Source: Balanoglossus misakiensis
Lineage: Eukaryota; Animalia; Hemichordata
Direction: 5' to 3'
Assembly (NCBI GenBank): GCA_040954595.2
Contig: CM082592.2
Location: 11,872,632-11,936,631, forward strand
Length of the DNA stretch: 64,000 nt
A program made the translations under genes and the position numbers. Below, piece after piece: positions 1 through 11,263 of this stretch. The stretch's first letter is position 1. Every line of letters starts with the position of its first letter. A model generated the notes under the pieces. The model did no database searches. It saw nothing but the letters and a program-made list of their open reading frames with translations, and was not told the origin of the DNA.

Positions 1-129
1 TTTAAAGTAAATATAATGATGTAAATATATGATGATATAATAGTACATCCTACACATATGCTTACTTTGGAGACACTCATAGACAGTAACAAGAATACTC
101 ACATTGTATCTTCTCCGTTTATTCGCCAG

Positions 130-608
130 CTGGGAAAAGATCAAAAGATTTAGCACCGATCATTTCTGGTCATGGAATCACTCTGGGATCCCGGGACACA
201 TTTAGCAGTTCCTTGACCAGTCCTGTGGTGGTGGACGGCCGGAGCAGCAGCGGAAGTAGTGTGGAAAACAAAGGACCGTCATCGTTAACGGTCATTCCAA
301 AACTGAACTCTCAATCACAGTTGCAATCAAGGACCGAGACGTCAAGTCACAATGCCAAAAATGCATTGAAAAGCTCCCCTTCCAATCACAGCATTATAGG
401 CGATCTCAGCGAAATGAATTTAAAAGTGGACGAGAGCCTGCGATGGGACAATGCTCTGGAAGACACAGCGCAAGAGCGCGAGAGAATACGTGAGTACAAG
501 ATCAACAGGCGGAAACGATATCTGGCAGCCGCCGTCAGAGACAGGGGAGATGTTGGACATTTCACAGAGAAGGACGTTTATGAAGATGAGAGATGTTCAC
601 CCAGGTAG
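130..608 (+). CDS. LIAT1: Terminal coding exon of a LIAT1 (ligand of ATE1 / C17orf97)-domain protein; upstream exon(s) outside the window
   Basis: Polypyrimidine acceptor ttctccgtttattcgccag|130, then an open frame GKRSKDLAPII... to TAG at 608. It contains DESLRWDNALEDTAQERERIREYKINRRKRYL, matching the LIAT1 domain as I recall it (ESLRWxxxLxDxxxExERIRxYKxNRRKRY), after a Ser-rich low-complexity region. AATAAA at 2897 followed by a T-rich tract suggests a ~2.3 kb 3'UTR. Confidence 0.75.
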
Positions 609-3600
609 ACCAAAAGTGGTGGATATCATCAATGCAACTTGTACTCTATACTATGAAAGATTTACAATTTACAGATCTATCCGTCTGCTGTTTTTTCTAT
701 GTATTTGTTACTATCAGGAATATGGACGAACATATCAAAGTAGCGTGATAAGTTTGACTTGCTGTGGTGTCACTAATAGCTATTTACAGGTGACACAACA
801 TTATTGTACTTTGGAGTGACAGAAGTTAACCTTTTGAACCAGCCTCCTGCGAAAAGATTCTGTCTCTCCGTGCGAAACAATGGGGAAATGGATAGAGTTA
901 AACGTGTCCTGTCAGATAACAGTACTCCATCAATCAAGTGATAAGCTACTGCCTTGCCAATTCTGTCTGTCCCACTCTTCAGTGGACATGTATTTAATTG
1001 ACTGATGAGTTACTTTTGTAGACAAGGGCTGGTAGCTAGGAGTTTGCCTTTGAATGGTCAAGGAATGATCAAACTTCAAATGCCAGTCTGCCTCTATCAC
1101 AGACCTTCAAGTGCCTTGCTACAATCTGCATGCATCGTGGACATATACCTATTTCATGATCCTTGCAATGCATGGTGTTCCTATCAGCAGTGGATAGTGC
1201 TTTAAAACGAACTGTGTTGATTGAATTAACAGTAGAAAGAATTGTTTGTAGATTAACAATAGAAGCTTTTTCATTCAAGAAATATAAGTTGACAAATTAG
1301 ATTATATGAGATGGTAATTTAATTACTACAGTTCCTTATTTCATGATTGGTCTATTATTTCATTGTCCAAGTTGCAGTCAGAGTGGTACATTCTTGCTCA
1401 AAATCCTTTTGAAGGAATATCTATTTCCTGTCTGGCATTGCAATGGCACAGATGAACTTTGACAGTACTTCTACTTAGTACCCGGTATGTGGACAGTGAT
1501 TTTAATAATGATGTGCCAAAATTTGTTATCAAACCCTACCTGGCTGTCAGTCATTGAAATGTTAGGTTCGGTCACCATGCATGTATTGTGAAGTCTGGCT
1601 TTTGACCGATTCACCCTAAGGTCACTTTGAGTCACGACACAATCAGTGGCGAAATATTTCCGCACCGGAGCGTGCCAACAGATACCAGCATTTCAAACTC
1701 CTAAGTTTACTTTGGAAAGAACTTGAAATGGATGTCCCTATTGGCTTTTTTTGTGAAGTAAGATTTACCTGTTCATGTGAAAAGAAAGGTTTTGTTTGTG
1801 GAAGGTTTTGATAGAATGATTTCAACAGCTGCTGTATATTGCTTTGACTGCATGTACTTTGATAATAAGGAAAACGGACCTGTCTTCCTTTTGCAAATTT
1901 TGTGCCAAATGTATAGCCTGGTGGTCAAAGAGAGCAACTGTCTTAAAGACATGCATTACATTTTTGACATTGTAAATAACTTTTCTTGATGTGCCACCAT
2001 TGATTTACATATTTTTGTATTGGCAGTGAAAACCAACAGTTTTTTTTTCTTGTCTGGAATCGAGGCAGCATTTCTGCCATCATATTGTCAGTGAAGTCAT
2101 CCAGATTTTTAAAGGCTGTGTGTTTCATTTTGTGGACATTATACAACGTCTGGCCTCAGGCTGTGTTGCCATGACAATCAGCATAACAATCCCTGATCGT
2201 TTACACAGCACCTCAAACATGATATATTAATGTGAAATACAATCATGTAACACTTCTGATCAGATTCTCTGCATGGAAACTTTGACGCAGGCAGTAAATA
2301 GGGCTTAGAACAGAGGGTGTCAGTTTTCATCTGCCAAGTTGTCAAAATCACCAGAGTCAATTAGAATGAACCGACCCAACCTAGTCGTGAACAAACACTC
2401 TTGATAATGTGCCACATTATTGTAATTTAGTCTCCTTTTGGTAACTTACTCCACAAAGGGTAACGAAAGACAGCGGATGTTTCCATTTTGTACCCGCATA
2501 AAGTACTCGACTGTTTACCAGGAACAGCACAGATTGTCAGAAAAAATTCCAGCCACACATGCATCTTCACACATCCTTTTGAAGTGCCAAATACTACATG
2601 CATACACCCAAATTGAAAAATAGAAAGGCCTGTTAGCAACATTTAACCAAAGGCAGCTTCAAGAATTGTATTTCTGTGAATAACTTTCTGTGGAGATATG
2701 AGGAATCTCTCTTTTCATCAGGTCTTGATATTTCACAATGTGTACATTGTAAAAGTAGGTTTTTGTGTATGTTTTATTTATAAGCTGTTACATTTGCAAA
2801 CATGTTTTTGACGTTTGAAAGCTAACATTGTTAGCTCAGTCAACTCAGTTTGTAGTAACTTGACCTTGAAGGGCAGCTTTTCACTGTCAATTTGTGAATA
2901 AAAATGTTTTTTTTTTCAAAGACTAAAATGTCACCTGTTCTTTCTTATGCCATATGGGAACTCTACATGCCAAACACTTGCACCATGCATGTGTTTTCCC
3001 GACTTGGAAGTTTTATCTGCCATATTGCTTGGCTAACTCATAGAACCACTTGCCCAACAATGCATAGGAACCTTCCTAAACCTCAACAAATCTTGCAGGA
3101 CTTCATATGCTTACAAACATTGGTTCATGATTATTTTAGTTGTAGAAGCTGAAGTTTATGGTGTCTGGCGTAGCGTGCTTATTCAATAAATAAAAGTCAC
3201 GTTCTTCAGTGTGGCGTGGCGAGGTAATAGAGAAAGACAAAGTAAATATTAAATGGGCTGTAGAGGGCGCCATCATGATATCGAACATGACTGAAGAACT
3301 TTATGACGTCACCCAATGTTCCAAAAACTGAATATTCTTTGAACATTGAATATGTCGAATGGGAAAAAACTACGGACCGCCGTTTTTTGAAGTGAAACTA
3401 TAAGTTATACTCCGTTGGAAAATCCTGCAGCTTTGCGATCGGAACTGAATTCGACAGTGCACGACAAATCTCTTCAATTCTTCCAGGAAATCAAGAACAG
3501 CCTGGCCAAGGATTTACCTTGAATATATGGCATCTCAGGATACGGATAAACTCGTTACCGTGGCAACTGAAGGCATTAAGGAACAAACTGGAGTTCCTAG

Positions 3601-4270
3601 TTATAGCAGAAGGCCAGCCAGACGTTCAGGGCCGGTGGAACTAATACAAAGCCGTCGGAGTCAAATTTTTCTCGCCCTTGTGACTTGCTGTGCATCGTTT
3701 CCAGAAGACTTTGGCGATATTTATTACGAACACACAAACACAGTTAGAGAAGACAAGAAATCGACATATATAGGTTCAGAAAAACAAAGATTGACATGTA
3801 ACAAAAGCAAGATATAGCCCCTGGATATATCCTTGACAGTGCTATGGCTGACGGTCAGTCCCGGCCTAATGTCATATCTTGATCCGTTGCCTTCTAGGGA
3901 CTTTGTGATTCTGTGATTGTGGGGTTTGGAGAGATCACAAATAAAGGAGTTTCACTTCAGTTTCTTCCATTGGAACTTGAGCCATGCCATTTTTATTACT
4001 TGGATGGAGAGAAATGCTAAAACATAAAAGTAAATGCTACAATACCACAGATTTCATACTAAGGGATATTTAATTTAAAAAATCACAACCCAATTTTCCA
4101 GGGCCATGGGAGTTCAGGTAATCTACATGATACTGCTCATCCCATAGATTATTTTGTACAGATGTCTGAAACATGACCGCTCTGACAATAACATTCCAAT
4201 AGTGTTCAATAGTAAAATAATCAAAAAAATTTAATATGGAAACTTGTAAAATAGTTATATCTGATGGGGA

Positions 4271-4933
4271 CTATTTATCCTCTTCTTTCTTAAACATTTG
4301 CAGTGGGTTTTTCACACCTAAGGCATACAGTAAATATATCAATGCTAGTCCTCCCAGAAAAAGCCCAGTCTCTCCAAGAAGGAATTTATTCTCCTTTTGA
4401 TTTCTTATTTCTTCCATTTTCTTGACAAATTTCTTCCGTTGACGTCTTCGCTGTTCCTCGGCTAGCTGCTCTCCATATGTGCTTCGGTAGAACTCATCGA
4501 AATCAAACACCTTCTCCCCTCTGGTGTTGTACATTGTGCCTGTGAAGATTTTTCCCTTTTTCTGCATTGGAGCTCTGGCCGGTTCTGCTTTCACTTCCCC
4601 TCGGAAGTCTCTTGGCCCAAGGATTCCCTTGTCGTAGCGTCTCCTCAAAGTATGGTTACCAAGCACATTGTAGGCTTCGGTTATTTCAGAAAATTTCGCA
4701 CTTGCTCCGGAATCACCCTGGTTTACATCGGGGTGATAGATTTTAGACAGGGAGTAAAAAGCAGTCTTGACTTGGGCGTGCGTAGCCTTCGCAGAAATAC
4801 CAAGAACGTCATAATAATTTTTCTTGGTGCTTATTCGCGGTCTGTAAGCTTGGAGTGTACATGCACTAGTCCTGTATGGTCTTGTGGCCGTTAAACTCTT
4901 GTGCAGAGCTGAAGATGCCGTCAACTTCAACAT
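4271..4933 (-). CDS. DNAJC30: DnaJ subfamily C member 30 (mitochondrial J-protein, WBSCR18), intronless, 220 aa
   Basis: Basic/hydroxylated N-terminal presequence-like region. J-domain NYYDVLGI...KTAFYSLSKIYHPDVN...FSEITEAYNVLGN..RRRYDKG, then FDFDEFYRSTYGEQL (DNAJC30-type motif) and a C-terminal TM helix. Divergent from BUD23, as in human. Confidence 0.88.
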   Translation of the reverse strand: MLKLTASSALHKSLTATRPYRTSACTLQAYRPRISTKKNYYDVLGISAKATHAQVKTAFYSLSKIYHPDVNQGDSGASAKFSEITEAYNVLGNHTLRRRYDKGILGPRDFRGEVKAEPARAPMQKKGKIFTGTMYNTRGEKVFDFDEFYRSTYGEQLAEEQRRRQRKKFVKKMEEIRNQKENKFLLGETGLFLGGLALIYLLYALGVKNPLQMFKKEEDK

Positions 4934-5879
4934 GACCTCCGTCGTGGCAATGCAACACAGTACGGAATTGTTTTCGACGGGTTGTGGAGGCTTTTTTAAC
5001 TGTGCGCGTCCACGACAACGACGTAAACACCTACGAGTACTTTTGAAACTTCTGTGTCTGTCCCAGAAGACAACATACGTGAATGATGGAATTCATAGAC
5101 CAACTGGCTCGACAAACTGAGCAGTGGACTGGACAATGTCAAAGAAGGTCAAAGTGTTTGTTACAGTTCTACACCGGCCGGTTGCTATGTCGTACCTACG
5201 TCAGTCTGGACTACAGTATAGAGTTGTTCACCTTTTCACCACGGCTCTCACCATGACATCGTACCACCCCACCGATGTTTCTTTTGGACAAGTTTTTGCC
5301 CTGAGTTTATTTCCCTCAGTGTATCACCGGTGGTGACATAACTACGAGCACTTTACAACTGTAGACGTATTCGTATTCAGGAACTAGTGTCGGATTTTGA
5401 ATAGCAATGGATATTGAAGTAAGTTTGACAGATTAAACATTCTTCATATTCGTTCTTCTTGCTCAAATATAGACAAATGTCACCAGAAAGTGCTTTCTAT
5501 GTCATTCCACCGTCTACAACCTCCAAATTAACGGTGAATCTACCGCATCCGGAATTGCTTATGAATCTGTATCTAAGGAGAATCCGTTACATTTGGTTGT
5601 TCTTCCATAGAATTTGCGTCTCTCCACTGTGACCGTTCCAAAATTAACACAGGGAGTAGCAGATCATCGATACTGACCCATCGCGACAGTCTTTTCAACG
5701 AAAAGAACACGGACATTTAAATGTATAAAGAATTTATATAATGAAAAATAGAATGAAATAACTTGCTTTTAATTTATTTACTGAACGTCAGTATTCTAAT
5801 TGAGGAATTATACTTACTTTGAAAAGTGTCCCTCATATTCTGTGCAACACTTCAACCTGATAATAATATTCGCACCAAA

Positions 5880-8242
5880 ATGGCTTCCGGCAGAAGGCCT
5901 GAACACCAAGCACCGCCAGAATTGGTAATTTTTCAGGATTTTTGTTGACATTTCGCCACTTATATGATGATAGACTTTTAATTTGATTGATATACTAATC
6001 TGTTGCCGTTTCTTTCAGTTCTACAACGAAAATGAAGCCCGAAAATACACTTCAAAGTAAGTGAATAGTCTGAGACTAAACACGTGAGATGGAGTCGGTC
6101 TGTGTACGCTGTATTTTATTCTGCAGTCACAGGTTGTGAACGACGCGTGTACTAATACGGCAGCTCTGGGTGTGTAAATATTCAGTTTGAACTTGATTAG
6201 CCGAATGCAAAGCTATTCGCCGCCTGAATGCTCTCCCATTCACACCTGTTTTGATTGATGTCGTGAGTGAATTATGGTTATAAAGAGCGCCACCTAGCGT
6301 TCAAAACATATCTTAATGCAAGGTTATTGCGCACTTTAATAACCCATACAGTTTTTTTCTTGATCAATTGAATAACTATAAATCGAAATCTGTATTTTCT
6401 TTAACAGCTCTCGTATGATTGAAATACAGCAGCAGATGTCAGAGAGAGCATTGGAATTATTAGCATTACCTGAAGACACACCATGCTATATACTGGATTT
6501 AGGGTACATGTATATCAAATTTATTCCACTTCATGGTATTGCCAAAAGCACTTGCATGTATCATCCAACTCTTGTGGACACCATTTTGCATATGCTTAAC
6601 AATTGTTTTACCAAATCTTTTGTATTTTGTATGCAGGTGTGGGTCTGGTTTAAGTGGTGAAGCATTGACAGAGCAAGACCATGTATGGGTTGGTTTGGAT
6701 ATCAGTTCACACATGCTCAGTAAGTCTTACCATTCATACCTGTAACAGTCAATTATTTTTACAATGGTTTTGATGTCCAGTGTTGACAGCACTTTCTAGT
6801 TTCACGCTCTTGTTAAAATACATTTGATGATCCAAAACAGTTTGTTTCTTGGTCACAGTACCAGCGCAAAGAAACTCGATGGTTACAGTATTTGATTAGA
6901 AACAAAAACTGATATTTTTTTATTCAAACTGTGCAATTTATAGATGTAGCTGTTGAGAGAGAAGTTGATGGGGACATGTTCGAAGCTGATATGGGACAAG
7001 GCATGTTTTTCAGACCTGGAACATTTGATGGTGTCATAAGGTTAGATCACATTGCATACTGGTAATGTTTAAAACCTTAGTCAGTTCAAGAATAGAGGAA
7101 CATTTTTGACATTTAATTGTGTAAAAAAAGAGACACTTCCTACCAAAAGTCTGATAAAAACCATCAAAAGTTTTATTTTTGAATTTAAAGATAATGTTGT
7201 TTCTCAAACACATGTACATCTTTTGCTCTAGTATTTCAGCTTTACAGTGGCTCTGCAATGCCGACAAAAAATCCCACAACCCTCCAAAACGGTTATACAG
7301 GTTTTTCAGTTCACTGTATAGCTGTATGGTGAGTCAAGCTCCTGTTTCATATTAGCATAGCTATAGAAACTAAAGATCCTGGTATTGTCATATTTAGCAA
7401 ATGTCCACATTTACATACATTCACAAACCACAGCAAATACACTGTTCATCACCAGTTGTCTTTCGATTGTTTTTAACAGAGTAGAGGCAGCCGGGCTGTA
7501 TTCCAGTTCTACCCAGAAAATTCTGATCAGGTGGAACTCGTCACAAGGCAAGCTATGAAAGCGGGATTCACTGGTGGAGTGGTGGTCGATTTCCCAAACA
7601 GTTCAAAGGCCAAAAAGTGAGTACAGTGGATGCAGTGCTTACACCAAAGTTGTTAGGTAATGCTGTCTGCAGAGTAGTCTAACTTTGATGAACTATGGTT
7701 CTACGGATGTACTCATCCTTATATCTCTTTCTGTATGTGTATTCTTCATTTTCAGAATGTTTCTGTGCTTGTTTGCTGGAGGACAAGCTAATCAACAGTT
7801 ACCAAAGGTAAGGGTAGTTTGTTTATTGTTATGCTGTATCGCAGACTATTATTCAAATATTGGTTTCCCACATGCTTCATGCTAAAATCTACCCACTTAT
7901 TTAATGGTTGCAGGGGCTGGGCACAGAAGGAAAAGGCCTGCAGACACAGGTTGCCTATAGCAACTCAAGGGAAATGAGCAAAAGGAGAAAAGACCGGAAA
8001 CCGATGAAAAAATCGAGAGATTGGATTCTGGAGAAAAAGGAGAGAAGGCGAAGACAAGGGAGGTGAGTACAGTTCACCAGTATTTCAACAGGTTTCAAGT
8101 AGTTTAACAAATAGGAACAGCTTTAAAACACTGTTGGCATTAGTAAGCAAGGCCCATTCAATTTTCTTTTTCATTTCTATTTTACAGGGAAGTGAGACCA
8201 GATTCAAAATTCACAGGAAGGAAACGTCCAACAAAGTTTTAA
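5880..8242 (+). CDS. BUD23: 18S rRNA guanine-N7 methyltransferase BUD23/WBSCR22, 10 exons, 282 aa
   Basis: Exons 5880-5924, 6019-6056, 6408-6503, 6637-6719, 6944-7040, 7232-7328, 7480-7616, 7756-7807, 7914-8062, 8188-8242 (849 nt, all GT-AG). Translation: [35 protein letters not shown]...LDLGCGSGLSG (SAM motif I)...[33 protein letters not shown]...QFYPEN...[15 protein letters not shown]...[41 protein letters not shown] at 8291. Confidence 0.96.
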
Positions 8243-8631
8243 TTCTGTTGATATTGCTGCTGTATTTACAAACCAGGACATTTTGCCATTAATAAAAAGT
8301 GAACAATGCGAAACAGATTATTATTTTCCATTAAATTCCACCTTTCCATCATCAGACTGTCCCCTGAAAATGCAGCTGCATGATCTAGGTAACATCTAAA
8401 AAAATCAGTAAGTGGTACTTGTTTGTAGTGATTCTTGTGTGTAGCTTTGAGTTGCCTAGATATTTCTCGATTTAGATAACAAAATCTATTGAAAGTGTCA
8501 AACAGTTTTAATTCAGAGACTAAATAAGAAACACCAAACAATTGTATCAAAATCCGAACATTTCATCTGCTGGTTGGCAAGTCTGACAGAAGATGGTTCT
8601 GTGTACATGTGATGTACATGATTGCTTTTAT

Positions 8632-10173
8632 TTATACTTTTTGTGCTGGAACTGTCTCTAAATTAACCATGTTTGTGTCAACATCATCATCATTACTTTG
8701 TTTTCCTTTCTCATCGTATGAGAAATCCAAACATTTGACACATGGCCCACATGACAGACCACCGTTATTATCTTTCAAAAACATGGCAGTAAAGGCAGCA
8801 CAGAAAACGAAGCCCACTGAAAACCAAAAACATGCAGCAAACCCCTGTGTGGTACTGGTCGCATTGCCAACAAACTCATAGAGGGCTCCTGACACTAGGG
8901 TACCCGTCAGACGGCCAAGAGCATTTGCCATGTAGTAGAAACCAACATTCATTGCAACTTTGTCGCCCTCCGAATACTTGACGATCAGATAACTGTGAAC
9001 TGAAGAATTGACAGCAAAGATGAAAGCAAAGACAAACACCCCGGTTGTCAGCACAGCTGTCATGATGGCAACAACATCGTAATGGACGGCCGAGGAAAAC
9101 TGGAAGAAGAATGCAAGAACAGTGGGACAGCCAATCAGAATGAAACCCCACAAAGCACATGCCCACTTGTTTGCTGGGCTCTGTCGTAATGGGTTCAAAA
9201 TCAACTGTGGACTCCAACTTTGAATCTGACCATAGAGAATGATCCAGCCAGCGAGAAAGGCTCCAACTGCAGCACGTTCCCACCCCAGACCATCATCACT
9301 TCTTAGGAAGAATGGCAATGGAACTTCAAACCACAAATCTCGAGAGCCAAATAGGAAGAACCGTGCCACTGATAAAACATTCACGTTGTAATTCTTCTTG
9401 AAGATAGATTTCAATTTGATGTTCTCTTTTCTTGTTCGTCCCAAGTCTTTAGTAAGTCCACAAACGGCAAATGGAAGCGCACACAATATCAAGAAACACA
9501 TTACTCCAAGTGCCACATAGTAATGAATCATCAGCAGAGCAGATCCCAGGAAATAGCCGACACCTTTTAGTGTGTTCTTCCATCCTGTCAAGAGACTGAC
9601 AATCTTGAAGAGTCGCGTCTGTTTCTCGTCAGGCGTCACCAGCTTGGTGACAGTCTTACCACCGAGTTTGACCAAGTCTTTGGCGATACCACACAGCATT
9701 TGTGCCAGAGTGACGTAGATGATACCTGTGGATTTACTCCAGTCTTCTTGCCAGCCAAACAACATTCCAATGCCGGCCAATTGCAGGAAAAGACCAAAGA
9801 TCATCGTCTGTTTTATTCCCCAACAGGAACCAGCAACTCCAGCAATCAAATTGGTGAAGACACCAGCCAGTTCATACAATGTGAACATAATGGCCGTCTC
9901 CCATGCTGTAAAGTTCAGGTTAAACGCATGCAACAGTACAATCATGCGAACAGCTCCATCAGTCACTGTGTACAGCAAATACGAACAACTGATGATGACA
10001 AATGGCTTCAAGGCTTTATATTCACGTTGCATGCGTTCCTTTCTGGTCTCTGACCGCTCATCGTCTTTCAGTTTGTCAGTTTCTGTCTTCACTTCTATGT
10101 CACCTGGACCACCATTGTCAGGGCTTGCACCATTTTCTCCATTGCAGTCAGCCAACTTCTCTTTGCTTTCCAT
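8632..10173 (-). CDS. arsJ: MFS transporter of the ArsJ family (organoarsenical / 1-arseno-3-phosphoglycerate efflux permease-like), single coding exon, 513 aa
   Basis: Multi-TM ORF with ArsJ-type motifs in the expected order: YTVTDGAVRMIVLLH, YELAGVFTNL, GIAKDLVKLGGK, LTGWKNTLKGVGYFLG, ARFFLFGSRDLWF, WIILYGQIQ, FAVNSSVHSYLI, DKVAMNVGFYYMANALGRLTGTLVSG. Acidic hydrophilic N- and C-terminal extensions. ATG context aaaATGg. Confidence 0.88.
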   Translation of the reverse strand: MESKEKLADCNGENGASPDNGGPGDIEVKTETDKLKDDERSETRKERMQREYKALKPFVIISCSYLLYTVTDGAVRMIVLLHAFNLNFTAWETAIMFTLYELAGVFTNLIAGVAGSCWGIKQTMIFGLFLQLAGIGMLFGWQEDWSKSTGIIYVTLAQMLCGIAKDLVKLGGKTVTKLVTPDEKQTRLFKIVSLLTGWKNTLKGVGYFLGSALLMIHYYVALGVMCFLILCALPFAVCGLTKDLGRTRKENIKLKSIFKKNYNVNVLSVARFFLFGSRDLWFEVPLPFFLRSDDGLGWERAAVGAFLAGWIILYGQIQSWSPQLILNPLRQSPANKWACALWGFILIGCPTVLAFFFQFSSAVHYDVVAIMTAVLTTGVFVFAFIFAVNSSVHSYLIVKYSEGDKVAMNVGFYYMANALGRLTGTLVSGALYEFVGNATSTTQGFAACFWFSVGFVFCAAFTAMFLKDNNGGLSCGPCVKCLDFSYDEKGKQSNDDDVDTNMVNLETVPAQKV

Positions 10174-10193
10174 TTTCCACAGATGTTATTGAT

Positions 10194-10562
10194 CTGAAAT
10201 GTTACAAAATAATATAAAATTCAAGTTACTTGCATGTACAGAAATTCCTGCTTCATAACACAGGCTATTGTCCTGAATGTGCCCATGTAAAGTATAACAA
10301 CTGCCTGGGCTTTGACACGCACGCCCCCACGTGGTATCCATGTGGATCCCATATGATCATTGTTTACGCGCACAGTACAAGACCGGAATCTAAATTTCTC
10401 TCTACAAAGTGCAATGATCAAAAATAATAATGTTACAGTTTACGTCGTGGAAACATGTAGTGCGGTAATTTCATTTGCCGAGCTACTGTATCCTATTAAG
10501 TTACACTAGGTGGAAAGGCAGCAGCAAAATCACGAGCTATCTTAATACTTCAGGTAACTCAC
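10194..10562 (-). other. Predicted spliceosomal intron in the 5'UTR of the ArsJ-like gene (non-coding exon 1 ends at 10563)
   Basis: Minus-strand donor TTTCG|GTGAGT at 10563/10562 and acceptor attttgtaacatttcag| at 10194, 20 nt upstream of the ATG. Confidence 0.6.
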
Positions 10563-11263
10563 CGAAATCGACGCCAATGTTCGTTTCTGTTTCTGATCAG
10601 ATACATGTACACTGCCTTGTCCGTTTCAAGTTAACACTGTGTGTACATTGCATGTGTAAGCGACAATCACTCATATGAGCTTTCCTTTGCTGGCTGGACA
10701 ATCAAGATTGCGTAACACGCCACTTCTCACGGTGATCGTGCAAAATATAGGGTGCATCACGCGGAGAAGGGATGAATATCGGACTTATTGGTCAGGGTTG
10801 TTGGTTGGGTCGGTTGAGGTCACGCGAAGACCGCATGCGCACACTCGACAGGCGCACACTGTGTTCGTGAACTTGTAAATAATTGTGTATCTCTGTCTCT
10901 TTATTTCATGCGCAAATTTGTAGTGTAAAACATTGTGTGGAATGTGTAATATGTGCAGAGTGACACATTTGACGCGTCAGGGAGTAATGGTGGAAGATTG
11001 ACAGTAGTATCTCAGATTTTTGTATTCCATCGTAGAGGGCGCTGCTAATGCTAAATCTCTCATACTTCGCGTGGTTAGGTTTCACAGGTTAAAAGGGGAA
11101 ACAATAAGACTTTTAGTTTTACACAACCAAAATTCCAAAAATTTTCTTTTTAATAGTATCTGCATAAACTGATGTACAAAATTCGTTCATAGAAATCGAT
11201 CAAAGTATGTTACAGGCGCGACTTCAATGTATCTGTGCTGGTCCTGGTCAGTGGTCCAATTCC

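Noticed and set aside
4884-5336. Short ORFs between DNAJC30 and BUD23
   Set aside because: They lie in the promoter/5'UTR interval and show no homology cues or coherent exon structure.
6820-6915. TGATGA...CTGA pair in BUD23 intron 4 resembling a C/D snoRNA
   Set aside because: The D box is only ~30 nt from the 3' splice site, I could identify no rRNA-complementary guide, and such boxes are frequent in AT-rich DNA.
8609-10217. Overlapping ORFs 8609-8881, 8876-9283, 9700-10053, 9719-10192, 10002-10217
   Set aside because: Antisense or alternative-frame shadows of the ArsJ-like CDS, with no recognisable motifs.
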